DNA from: an uncultured bacterium
GTDB taxonomy: Bacteria > Planctomycetota > Uabimicrobiia > Uabimicrobiales > JABWCH01
DNA length: 64,000 bases
Direction of reading: 5' to 3'
Assembly: GCA_938003875.1 (NCBI GenBank)
Contig: CALKWO010000084.1
Coordinates: 4,128-68,127, forward strand
Shown: piece by piece, positions 9,369 through 17,863 of the stretch
Layout: every line of letters starts with the position of its first letter
Numbering within the stretch: position 1 is the stretch's first letter
The notes under the pieces: generated by a model
What the model saw: the letters and a program-made list of their open reading frames with translations, nothing else
Databases searched by the model: none
What the model was told of the DNA's origin: nothing
Position numbers and translations under genes: made by a program

Positions 9369-9530
9369 AATATTGACGTTTGTGTAAAAAGTCCTGATAG
9401 ATCTTTTTCGTTATCATTATCGTTCTCTTTATCTAAATCCTTTATAATTAACAGGATGCTTTTCGATAACGATAACGATAACGATAAAGATAACGACTAT
9501 TAAAAGACTTTTTACACAAGCATCAATATT
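9369..9530. repeat. ~160-bp imperfect palindromic intergenic element with an internal (GATAAC)n hexamer run
   Basis: Outer arms aatattgacgtttgtgtaaaaagtc (9369-9393) and gactttttacacaagcatcaatatt (9506-9530) are complementary at 23/25 positions. The inner arms are rich in cgttatc/gataacg. Five tandem hexamers at 9465-9494. Confidence 0.8.
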
Positions 9531-9667
9531 AAACCATTCTACAATAAAAAAAGAATAAAACAAGTGGAATTTCTAGTCAAATCCTATAAATTGGATGTGG
9601 TACAATTTTATTTTCCATTAGCTAACTCTATACTAGCCATTTTGGTAAGCTTAAGCAAAGTAACCCA

Positions 9668-10465
9668 TTATCGCATATCTCCGAATTTTTTTGTCAGGGC
9701 ATCCTGTCTGGATAGGACTTCCTTATAGTAGTCTCGCATTTTTAATTTTGAAGCGGCTGCTTCGTCAATAAGAAAAGTCGTGTTAGGGTGCATTTGAAGG
9801 ATGGATGCTGGCCATAGAGCACTGAGGGGCGATTCCACTGCATTGGCGATAGCAGATGCTTTATGCTCTCCAAATGCCATCAAAAGAATACGTCTGGCTT
9901 CTGTGATGGTACCGATTCCCATCGTGATTGCCAGATGAGGCTGAAATTCTCCTTCTTGGAAAAATCGCCTGTTGTCCTGAAATGTCTGGTTCGTCAGTGT
10001 TTTGATTCGCGTTCTCGACCCCAAGCTGGAAGTTGGTTCATTGAAGCCTATATGACCATTGGCACCAATTCCCAATATTTGTAAGTCTATGCCACCAGCA
10101 TCTCGAATCATCTTTTCATACTGAGGCCCTACATCCATAGGATTCTCTGCCATACCATCAGGTACATGGGTATTGTTCATATCAATGTCTATATGCTTGA
10201 ATAGATTCTCGTTCATAAAATAGCGATAGCTTTGGTGATGCGAAGGAGGCAGGCCAATGTATTCATCCAGATTGAAAGTGATGACTTTTTGAAAAGAAAT
10301 CGTCCCTTTTTTATAGCGTAGGATTAACTCTTGATAGAGTGCTAGAGGTGTGCTGCCTGTTGCAAGGCCAAGAACAGCATGGGGTTTCTTTTTCAGTAGG
10401 GTACAGCAAATATCCCCCCCGCGTTCAGATACCTCTTGCGAAGAATTGACAATAATCACTTCCAT
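9668..10465 (-). CDS. nagB: Glucosamine-6-phosphate deaminase
   Basis: GLATGSTPLALY, FNLDEYIGL and GIGANGHIGFNEP motifs. Start moved to MEVIIVNSS (ATG 10465) because GGGAG lies upstream; the ORF track extends to 10525. Confidence 0.9.
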   Translation of the reverse strand: MEVIIVNSSQEVSERGGDICCTLLKKKPHAVLGLATGSTPLALYQELILRYKKGTISFQKVITFNLDEYIGLPPSHHQSYRYFMNENLFKHIDIDMNNTHVPDGMAENPMDVGPQYEKMIRDAGGIDLQILGIGANGHIGFNEPTSSLGSRTRIKTLTNQTFQDNRRFFQEGEFQPHLAITMGIGTITEARRILLMAFGEHKASAIANAVESPLSALWPASILQMHPNTTFLIDEAAASKLKMRDYYKEVLSRQDALTKKFGDMR

Positions 10466-10532
10466 ATTTTTCTCCCACATTATTATAGAATCCCAGGGCA
10501 ATGCCCTGGGAGATAGAATTATCATGGATAGG

Positions 10533-11786
10533 CTAGAATTTATCGAATGCGATCATGGATTCGGGGACATGATATTTTTTCTGAAGAAGATCCAGGACAG
10601 CATCAATCATCATGGGAGGCCCGCATAGATAGTATTCGATTTGTTTTGGGTCTGCGTGCTTGGAAAGATACATCTGATCGCACACGCTATGGATAAAGCC
10701 TGTTGGTCCTTCCCATACATCTTCTGGCTGCTTTTCGGATAGAGCTACGTTGAAACTGAAGTTGGGACAGTTTTTCTGTAATTCACTAAATTCTTTATAG
10801 TAGAACATTTCCTTGACAGACCTTGCACCATACCAGAAAGTGATCTTTCTGTTGCTTTTGATCTGGTTGAGCAAATAGAACAGATGGGAGCGCATGGGGG
10901 CCATGCCTGCTCCACCGCCTAAATAAAGCATCTCTCGATCTGTTTCCTTGATGAGGAATTCGCCGTAAGGCCCGCTGATTTCGACTTCGTCTCCTGGTTT
11001 CAGATTGAAAATATAAGATGAACCCAGACCAGCACTATGGCTCGTTCCTTTAGGAGGAGTGGCAATACGCACATTCAGCATGACAACGTCGTTTTCGTAA
11101 GGTGCACTGGCCATAGAGTAGGCACGGTAGATTACAGCTTCCTTGCTTTGCACTTTGAGATTTTCAAAAGGCTTATAGGCACTTTGGAACTGTTCTTCTA
11201 TTGCAAAATCCTTGAAATTACAGGTATATTTAGGAATATGGAACTGGATGTATTGACCCGCTTTGAACTTGATCTCTTTGGGGTTGACAAGTTCCAGAAC
11301 CGTTTCTTTTATATAGCTTGCCACATTACGATTAGAACGTACTCTTGCTTTGAAAGCCTGGATGGCAAAATATTCTTCAGGGATGAAAATTTTTACATCA
11401 CTCTTCACCTTTACCTGGCAGGACAAACGCCATTGATCGCGAATTTCTTTTTTGGTGAGAAAGCCTTCTTCAGTAGGTAAAACAGGCCCACCATTTTCCA
11501 GAACCTTCACCTTACAATATCCGCATGTTCCCTGGCCACCGCAAGCAGAAGGGACAAAAATTTTATTGGAAAAAAGATAGGATAGAAGACTGCTACCGCC
11601 TCGTACTTTAAGAGGCTCTCTTTCTTCTCCCATATCAATTTTGCATTCGCCATAGTTGGCTATGGTAGCATCGGAAATGGCCATTACAATAGCCAGGAAA
11701 GCCCCTATACCACCTAGTATTCCTATGGATAAAAGATAGGCACTGATGTTGCTTTCCATTAGAATAAAAAACAAAAAGATTTCCAT
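10533..11786 (-). CDS. nqrF: Na+-translocating NADH:quinone oxidoreductase subunit F (TM anchor + 2Fe-2S ferredoxin + FAD/NAD(H) FNR-like domain)
   Basis: CGGQGTCGYCKV plant-type 2Fe-2S motif. RAYSMAS FAD motif. GGGAGMAPM NAD motif. Last gene of the nqr-ordered operon. Confidence 0.9.
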   Translation of the reverse strand: MEIFLFFILMESNISAYLLSIGILGGIGAFLAIVMAISDATIANYGECKIDMGEEREPLKVRGGSSLLSYLFSNKIFVPSACGGQGTCGYCKVKVLENGGPVLPTEEGFLTKKEIRDQWRLSCQVKVKSDVKIFIPEEYFAIQAFKARVRSNRNVASYIKETVLELVNPKEIKFKAGQYIQFHIPKYTCNFKDFAIEEQFQSAYKPFENLKVQSKEAVIYRAYSMASAPYENDVVMLNVRIATPPKGTSHSAGLGSSYIFNLKPGDEVEISGPYGEFLIKETDREMLYLGGGAGMAPMRSHLFYLLNQIKSNRKITFWYGARSVKEMFYYKEFSELQKNCPNFSFNVALSEKQPEDVWEGPTGFIHSVCDQMYLSKHADPKQIEYYLCGPPMMIDAVLDLLQKKYHVPESMIAFDKF

Positions 11787-11807
11787 TTCTTACCTTTCAT
11801 TGAAATA

Positions 11808-12398
11808 TTATTGCATGCTCACAACACCAGCGAAACCACTGAAAGCCAGAGCCATAATCCCTGTAATGATCATGGTAATTCCGATACCTTCCAGAGATTT
11901 AGGTACATTGGAAAATCGCAATCGCTGGCGGATGGCTGCCATTCCTATTATGGCAAGGGACCAGCCTATTCCACTGGCGATTCCGTAAGAGATAGACTGA
12001 AGAAAGGTATAGTTGCGTACTATGGAAAAAAGACATGCTCCGAGGATAGCGCAGTTGACTGTAATCAAGGGAAGGAAAATTCCCAGAGCAAAATACAGAG
12101 TAGGGCTGTATCTTTCGACTACCATTTCTACAAATTGAACCAGGGCAGCAATCACCATGATGAAAATCAAAAAATAAAGATACTCCAGGCCTAATGGCTT
12201 TAGAATAAGATGGAATATCAGCCAGTTTACTGTAGTAGTAATGCTCATCACGAAGGTAACAGCGCAGCCAAGCCCAAAAGAAGCCTTCAGTGTTTTAGAG
12301 ATAGCGATGAAGGAACACATTCCCAAAAAATTGGACAAGAGAATGTTGTTCGTAAAAATCGCTGCTATAAAGATTATAATAGGATTGATTTCCGACAT
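11808..12398 (-). CDS. nqrE: Na+-NQR subunit E (RnfA/NqrE family)
   Basis: 196-aa 6-TM protein with FTNNILLSNFLGMCSF. Position in the operon fits. Confidence 0.88.
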   Translation of the reverse strand: MSEINPIIIFIAAIFTNNILLSNFLGMCSFIAISKTLKASFGLGCAVTFVMSITTTVNWLIFHLILKPLGLEYLYFLIFIMVIAALVQFVEMVVERYSPTLYFALGIFLPLITVNCAILGACLFSIVRNYTFLQSISYGIASGIGWSLAIIGMAAIRQRLRFSNVPKSLEGIGITMIITGIMALAFSGFAGVVSMQ

Positions 12399-12417
12399 AC
12401 ATTATTTCCTTATTTCC

Positions 12418-13068
12418 TTATTTTCCTTCTTGGGCGACTTTTTTGCCCGAAGCGTTGACGATCCAGATTAAAGTTCCCAACATCAAAAAAGCTCCTGGAG
12501 GCATAATCATGATATTCCAGGCAATCCAACTTTCCTGAGGAAGTATAGGATAGTAGCAAATGCTGCCAAATCCGAGAATTTCCCTTGGTATAGCAATGGC
12601 TATTAAAATTATGGAGTAACCAATACCAGCACCAAGCCCATCCAGAAAGGAAGGCCAGGGACGATTTTTCATGGCAAACACCTCAGCACGGCCCATGACG
12701 ATACAGTTTGTAGCAATCAAGCCAACATAAGCCCCTAGTTGTTTGCTGACTTCATAGGAAAATGCCTGAAGCAAGAGGTCAACGATGGTCACAAACACTG
12801 TAATGATTAGAACCTGTGTAATCATGCGGATTCGCCCAGGAATGTATTCTCTAAGCAAAGAGACAAAAACATTCGTAGCAACTGTAACCACAATAAGAGC
12901 AATGCACATAATCAAGGTATTGTACACAAGGTTTGTGACTGCCAGGCAGGAACATATACCTAAAATCTGGCGGAAAATAGGATTTTCTTTCCATATATTT
13001 TCCAAAAATACTTTTTTGTTTTCAGCACTGAACAAACTCATTTTCTTAAGCTCCTTAGCAGCAGGCAA
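12418..13068 (-). CDS. nqrD: Na+-NQR subunit D (RnfE/NqrD family)
   Basis: N-terminal AKELKK…NPIFRQILGICSCLAVT matches the Vibrio NqrD N-terminus as I recall it. That requires the TTG start at 13068, 2 nt after the nqrC stop. An alternative ATG lies at 13041. Confidence 0.85.
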   Translation of the reverse strand: MPAAKELKKMSLFSAENKKVFLENIWKENPIFRQILGICSCLAVTNLVYNTLIMCIALIVVTVATNVFVSLLREYIPGRIRMITQVLIITVFVTIVDLLLQAFSYEVSKQLGAYVGLIATNCIVMGRAEVFAMKNRPWPSFLDGLGAGIGYSIILIAIAIPREILGFGSICYYPILPQESWIAWNIMIMPPGAFLMLGTLIWIVNASGKKVAQEGK

Positions 13069-13070
13069 AA

Positions 13071-13988
13071 CTATGGTTTTGCTTCTGGAAAATTCTTTAA
13101 AAAAGCCTGTGTGTTCGCATCGAAAAATTCTTTATCGTTTTTATCTCTTACAACTTTGGCCAGTTTGCTAAAAACATGGTAAAGATTTTTGCTGATGAAG
13201 CGATCCAGGGCACGACTTGTCTCGGAAGCTCCTGTGATAGCATCCACTTCATTCTGTTTTTTATCATAGTTGGCCGTTGCTTCGCCATCGTAAGTGCCTT
13301 TCCTGGCGGTCACTCTTAGTTCAGGCTTTAAGGAACCTTCCCTGAAGATTGTTTTGTTCCAGAAAGTGAATTGTCCCTGGAACCATCCTTCCTCTATTCT
13401 CTGTCCCAGGCCTGGGGTTTCCTTATGGTCGTAGAAAGTGATTCCTGCTATGTTCCTGAAGCCTTCTTTGAGTGCAATATATCCAGAGACTTTGTCCCAA
13501 AATCCAGCCCCTGCAATCTCAAAGGTATATATTGACTGGCCTTCTTTTTTGGCCTGGAAAATATATAGGTTATGCAAATAGTCTATCTTTTGAGAAGGAA
13601 GATAGGCAAATTCTTTTCCCTTATAGAAAGTAACTTCATTTTGGGAAGTAACTTCCAGGACATCAATGCAACTGCTGAATGTTTCCAGAATTTTTTCTGT
13701 TTTTTCTTTTTTCAAATAGTACTCGGTTCGTTCAATTCGGATTGCTTCTTTTTGGAATTTTTCCTGAATCGTATTTTCTGGCATATTGCTAAGTTTTTCA
13801 TCTTTAGCCAGAAGGTTTTCTACTTCCTGAGGGAGAATGCGCATGGATTTTAAAATATGGATAAATCTTTCTCTCTGCTTATTTTTGGCGATATATTCTT
13901 TTGTTTCTAATGCAAAAAATGTAAGCAAAATAGCAGAAATCACAGAGAGTACGAAGAGGAACAATATCATACGAATGTAGTTTTTCAC
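13071..13988 (-). CDS. nqrC: Na+-NQR subunit C (RnfG/NqrC, FMN-binding), longer than usual
   Basis: N-terminal TM helix. FMN_bind-like C-terminal half with the flavinylation-type motif DAITGASETS. Overlaps the nqrB stop by 4 nt. Confidence 0.85.
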   Translation of the reverse strand: MKNYIRMILFLFVLSVISAILLTFFALETKEYIAKNKQRERFIHILKSMRILPQEVENLLAKDEKLSNMPENTIQEKFQKEAIRIERTEYYLKKEKTEKILETFSSCIDVLEVTSQNEVTFYKGKEFAYLPSQKIDYLHNLYIFQAKKEGQSIYTFEIAGAGFWDKVSGYIALKEGFRNIAGITFYDHKETPGLGQRIEEGWFQGQFTFWNKTIFREGSLKPELRVTARKGTYDGEATANYDKKQNEVDAITGASETSRALDRFISKNLYHVFSKLAKVVRDKNDKEFFDANTQAFLKNFPEAKP

Positions 13989-15187
13989 TTTTTTACCCCC
14001 CGATAGCGAACCATGATAACGATTTCATCAATCAATGCGGCAAATATGTTCATGAGCAAAATAGCGAACATGATCCCTTCCGCGTACCCAGAAAATCTAC
14101 GAATCACAAGAGCGATGCAGCCAATGGCAAAACCATAGAAATAGCGGCCTGCTTGCGTTACAGGCCCAGTTACAGGGTCTGTTGTCATAAAGATAGCACC
14201 AAACAGGAACCCCCCTGAAAGAAGGCTGAAAGCAACAAGATAAAGGCGATCTGCCAGGCAATGGGCATCATAGAAGAAGAAAGCGCATATTGCTCCACCT
14301 GCTATGGTTGACAAGATAGTACGCCAGTTGGCGACTTTCATCACCATCAACGCGATTCCACCTAAAATCAATAGGACTGAGCAGGTTTCTCCCATAGAAC
14401 CACTTCGATATCCCCAAAGCAGATTGGGAATAGTTTTTTTTACATATTCCATATATTTCTTGTAGTCTTCTTGCGTGCTTCCTTCCTCTGCGAGTTTCAA
14501 ACGCAATTCTTTGGCTTTGGCTAGAGGAGTGGCCTCGCTGACAGCCTCGTATTTCCCATTTTTTTTCTCATGAGAAAGCAAACCACGATGGGAAGTAAAG
14601 CCCCCCAATCCTTGGAAAACAGGCTTATAGTTTTCTACCGAAATACTATTGGGATAAGGTTCGACAAAGGCTCCACCTGTCATATAGAGAGGAAAAGCAA
14701 TATAGAGAAAGCAGCGAGCGACGAGGGCTGCATTGAAAGGATTCTTGCCCGTGCCGCCAAAGACTTCTTTTCCAAAAATGACACCAAAAAAGATCCCCAC
14801 AGAAATCATCCATAGAGGAATGGTGGGCGGTAATATCAAAGGGTATAGAATTCCTGTAATCAAAAAGCCTTCTGTGATTTCTTCTTTGCGCACAATGCAA
14901 AAAACGACCTCCGTAAGACCACCAACAATGTAGGAAGTCAGAATCACCAGAATTGCCCGTTGTCCATAGAAATAAACAGATGCAATCGCAGCAGGCAAAA
15001 CAGCGAAAAGCACCATAATCATAAACCGTTTTATATCAATCCCTTCTCGTATATAAGGCTTTTCCTTTGTTGTATGAGGTGTGCCATAAAAAAAATTGTC
15101 GCCAGCATCAACCAGAGGTTTGAGGGGGCGAAGAAAAGGGTATTTTTCCAGCATTTTATACTGTAAATCAAAAATTTTTCTAAACAT
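13985..15187 (-). CDS. nqrB: Na+-NQR subunit B (RnfD/NqrB family)
   Basis: NqrB-type N-terminal extension (…PLVDAGDNFFYGTPHTT…IDIKRFMIMVLFAVLPA). Polytopic. Flavinylation-like EAVSEATPL. Confidence 0.88.
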   Translation of the reverse strand: MFRKIFDLQYKMLEKYPFLRPLKPLVDAGDNFFYGTPHTTKEKPYIREGIDIKRFMIMVLFAVLPAAIASVYFYGQRAILVILTSYIVGGLTEVVFCIVRKEEITEGFLITGILYPLILPPTIPLWMISVGIFFGVIFGKEVFGGTGKNPFNAALVARCFLYIAFPLYMTGGAFVEPYPNSISVENYKPVFQGLGGFTSHRGLLSHEKKNGKYEAVSEATPLAKAKELRLKLAEEGSTQEDYKKYMEYVKKTIPNLLWGYRSGSMGETCSVLLILGGIALMVMKVANWRTILSTIAGGAICAFFFYDAHCLADRLYLVAFSLLSGGFLFGAIFMTTDPVTGPVTQAGRYFYGFAIGCIALVIRRFSGYAEGIMFAILLMNIFAALIDEIVIMVRYRGVKK

Positions 15188-15241
15188 ATTCCTTGTATTT
15201 CCTTACATGGATAAACGATAAATGTCATCCTTCTTAATTTT

Positions 15242-15493
15242 TTAGATTGAAGAGATAGCTACCTCGCCTGATGGCATAGGTAAACTAAGCAACCTTTCTT
15301 CCATTTGCTGTACTTTATCTTCTAATTCTAAAAGAATTTTTTGAATCATTTCTACTTCTTCATCTCTAATCAAATATTGTCCACACTGCTGGCATACATA
15401 GGCAGGAAGATTATCAATCACTAACTGGTATCCCCTTTTTTTATGAAATAGGGAATCTTTCCTATTTTTAAGTTTCCTTTGCAATAGTAGCAT
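15242..15493 (-). CDS. Small zinc-ribbon protein resembling the C-terminal half of a YgiT-type zinc finger, followed by a coiled coil
   Basis: …VIDNLPAYVCQQCGQYLIRDEEVEMIQKIL… matches the second knuckle of YgiT-type fingers; the first CxxC is absent. Lies between nqrA and nqrB on the same strand, 4 nt after the nqrA stop. Confidence 0.5.
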   Translation of the reverse strand: MLLLQRKLKNRKDSLFHKKRGYQLVIDNLPAYVCQQCGQYLIRDEEVEMIQKILLELEDKVQQMEERLLSLPMPSGEVAISSI

Positions 15494-15497
15494 TCCA

Positions 15498-16916
15498 TCA
15501 TAGCTCTTTTTTCAATTCTTCTTTGCCTTTTTGTATATCATTCATAATCGAAATTTTGGAAGGGCATACATAAGAGCATAGTCCACATTCTATACAGGCG
15601 TGAAGCCTGATCCCTTTGGCTTCCTCTGCCATCCCATGAGAGCAATATTTATGCAGCAAATGAGGGTACAAGGGTCTGGGACAAATGTCTTCACAATAAG
15701 CACACTGAATGCAAGGTCTGTGTTCTCCATGCAGATTTGTATCTAGCTTTTTCCCAAAGGGAAGGAAAGAGCTAACGAAAGTCTTGCTGTTAGAATCTGA
15801 CCTAAAACCAGGTTGCAGGAATGCTAGGAAATGACGCGTCTTGTCATCTTCTATACAACTTGTGGATTTGATATCTCTGCCAATGGGAGTAAGCTGCATG
15901 TTTTCAGCCATGTCTCCTGTGAGGGGATCACCTAGCAAGAATCTTGTTTCTGTATCACGCCTTGCAAATTGCTCTGCGATTTCGCTTACAGGGGTTCCAA
16001 CCCTTACTTTGAGAATTTTGTTTTCTTTGTAGCCTTTGCCCCCTAGAGAAATCCATTTTTCGATGACAGGCTTTCCAGCCGAAAGAGCTTCATAAACAGC
16101 TATGGTATCGGCGATGTCCAATACCACAGCACCGATAGCATCAGGCTTTTGTCCATCAGGAACACATATTCCCGTCAGAGATTCTGTCAGAATTTCTGGA
16201 AGTTCCTGGGGATATTTGGGAGACAAAAATTTTATGGCAATCCCTTTGCTTTGTGCCAGTGCATTTTCCAGGCTTTGGGCAAATTTTTTATCTTTGGAAG
16301 AAACGCCTATATAAACAGGCACATCCTGATAGAATCTCTGCAAGGCTTGTATTCCCATAGAAATAGCAGAAATCTTACTCTCATATACAAGGCCAGTGGG
16401 CATAGCAAAAGGTTGGGTTTCCAAAGCGCAAACTATCAAACATTTTACCTTTTCTATCTCTAAGGCACTAGATTTTTCTAAAGTAGGCAAACCTGTAGCA
16501 CCCAAAGAACTCACACCACTCATATACAGAAGACGGCTTATGCTTTCTTTATTCAATTTGAAGAGATCCTGCTTTGCTCCTTCCAAGAGCACGATATCTT
16601 GAGATGCACTGGCATCAAGGATGGCGGCCAGAATTTTTTTGCCTTTGTATTCTACTTCTCGTATTTCTCGTACAGTTCCATTTACACTGGAATGGACAGG
16701 AGTGGATATTCCTTCGCTGCCTTTCCCGATAATCTGGCCTGCTTTAACACTATCTCCTGCTTTGACCAAAGGTATGGTCTGTTCTCCAAATCCCTGAGCA
16801 AAAGGAATTACAACATACTTGGGGATTTTCATTTCTTCAACATTCGCTTTCGGTATACCTTGAATATTCTTAAACAAATACCCGCCCCGAAAGCCTTTTG
16901 CACAACAAATGCTCAT
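15498..16916 (-). CDS. nqrA: NqrA-position subunit with RnfC-like features (barrel-sandwich N-terminus, degenerate nucleotide-binding motif, two intact 4Fe-4S ferredoxin motifs)
   Basis: FRGGY…IPLVKAGDSVKAGQIIGKG N-terminus. SSLGATGLPT. KYPQELPEILTESLTG. GDPLTG. C-terminal CIQCAYCEDICP and CIECGLCSYVCP. First gene of the operon. Confidence 0.8.
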   Translation of the reverse strand: MSICCAKGFRGGYLFKNIQGIPKANVEEMKIPKYVVIPFAQGFGEQTIPLVKAGDSVKAGQIIGKGSEGISTPVHSSVNGTVREIREVEYKGKKILAAILDASASQDIVLLEGAKQDLFKLNKESISRLLYMSGVSSLGATGLPTLEKSSALEIEKVKCLIVCALETQPFAMPTGLVYESKISAISMGIQALQRFYQDVPVYIGVSSKDKKFAQSLENALAQSKGIAIKFLSPKYPQELPEILTESLTGICVPDGQKPDAIGAVVLDIADTIAVYEALSAGKPVIEKWISLGGKGYKENKILKVRVGTPVSEIAEQFARRDTETRFLLGDPLTGDMAENMQLTPIGRDIKSTSCIEDDKTRHFLAFLQPGFRSDSNSKTFVSSFLPFGKKLDTNLHGEHRPCIQCAYCEDICPRPLYPHLLHKYCSHGMAEEAKGIRLHACIECGLCSYVCPSKISIMNDIQKGKEELKKEL

Positions 16917-16973
16917 AAATAAAACCTCTTTTAGAAAGACACTAAATACGGAGTATATAAAAAATATTTCGAT

Positions 16974-17002
16974 ATTCTAATAAATGAATATTTTTTTGTC
17001 AA
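16974..17002 (-). promoter_or_regulatory. Sigma70-type promoter candidate for the nqr operon
   Basis: Minus strand reads TTGACA-17 nt-TAGAAT. The -10 element ends about 58 nt upstream of the nqrA ATG. Confidence 0.5.
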
Positions 17003-17036
17003 TATCACACAGACCTATTTTCCAGTTGTGGGATAT

Positions 17037-17085
17037 AAAAAAATACAGATAGATACAGATAATCTTTATCTATATCTATCTGTGG
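17037..17085 (-). terminator. Rho-independent terminator downstream of the LamG gene pair
   Basis: Minus strand: stem acagatagatatagat / atctgtatctatctgt followed by a T7 run. Lies 13 nt past the stop at 17098. Confidence 0.7.
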
Positions 17086-17097
17086 TTTAATAAATTA

Positions 17098-17844
17098 TTA
17101 AATATGCACATATCGTAAAAAGGCCAATATAAAAATTGCTATTGCAAGACTATAAAATGTTCCTGTTTCTGGTATCGAAGAATAGATCCCATTTATCTGG
17201 GACAGGGAAAGAACATCCGTAGTAAAGAAAACTTCATCTACCATGCCATAAAGAAGGGTATCATTGCTATAAGTATAGCTGTTGCCTATTCTAAGCTCTT
17301 GCCCTGCGCCAGTGCTATGCCTTTCTTCCATGGAGCTGGAAATAGCAAGCCTCGAACCTACCAGAACACCATCAATATAAAGGTACATTGTATCTCCATC
17401 AAATGTCTGCGCAACATGATGCCAGACACCTGTGGAAATGGAATGAGAAAGAGAAGTACTTCCACCACAAACATAAGAATATAGCCTTCCGTTGCCATGG
17501 TATGTTAATCCATAGGCTAGATTTGACTGTGCGACCAGACCTGCATCGCATGCTGTTGCAGCAATGGACGGATCTATATAAACCCATGCTCCTAAAGAAA
17601 AGCTTGTAAAATTGGCATTCAAAGAAGAAGAAACTAGGGAAAGATAGCTATTCTTTTGGAAATTAGCGGCATTGTTCACAAGTCCCGATGCAATAGAGAC
17701 TGATCCCAATTGTGCTGACAAATGGTTTCCATTTCCACTGGTATCCTGAAAATTGCTGTCAAAGCTCCATTGTCCAAGCATTGCTGCATGAAGCCCTACA
17801 GCGCATAGTAGATATAAAAATAAAATATCTATTGTTCTTGCCAT
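17098..17844 (-). CDS. Secreted LamG-like (concanavalin-A-like lectin) protein with a variant PEP-CTERM-type tail
   Basis: Signal peptide MARTIDILFLYLLCAVGLHAA (ATG 17844, AAAGGA RBS). LamG_3-like FDGDTMYLYIDGVLVG. C-terminal IPETGTFYSLAIAIFILAFLRYVHI. Confidence 0.7.
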   Translation of the reverse strand: MARTIDILFLYLLCAVGLHAAMLGQWSFDSNFQDTSGNGNHLSAQLGSVSIASGLVNNAANFQKNSYLSLVSSSLNANFTSFSLGAWVYIDPSIAATACDAGLVAQSNLAYGLTYHGNGRLYSYVCGGSTSLSHSISTGVWHHVAQTFDGDTMYLYIDGVLVGSRLAISSSMEERHSTGAGQELRIGNSYTYSNDTLLYGMVDEVFFTTDVLSLSQINGIYSSIPETGTFYSLAIAIFILAFLRYVHI

Positions 17845-17863
17845 AAAAAAAATTCCTTTCTCT

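Noticed and set aside
9465-9494. GATAAC hexamer run and surrounding inverted repeats as a possible CRISPR array or leader
   Set aside because: The units are 6 nt with no spacers. The structure is a single large palindrome, and there are no cas genes in the window.
15031-15228. 65-aa ORF overlapping the nqrB start
   Set aside because: It is out of frame with nqrB, whose N-terminus aligns with known NqrB. No independent support.
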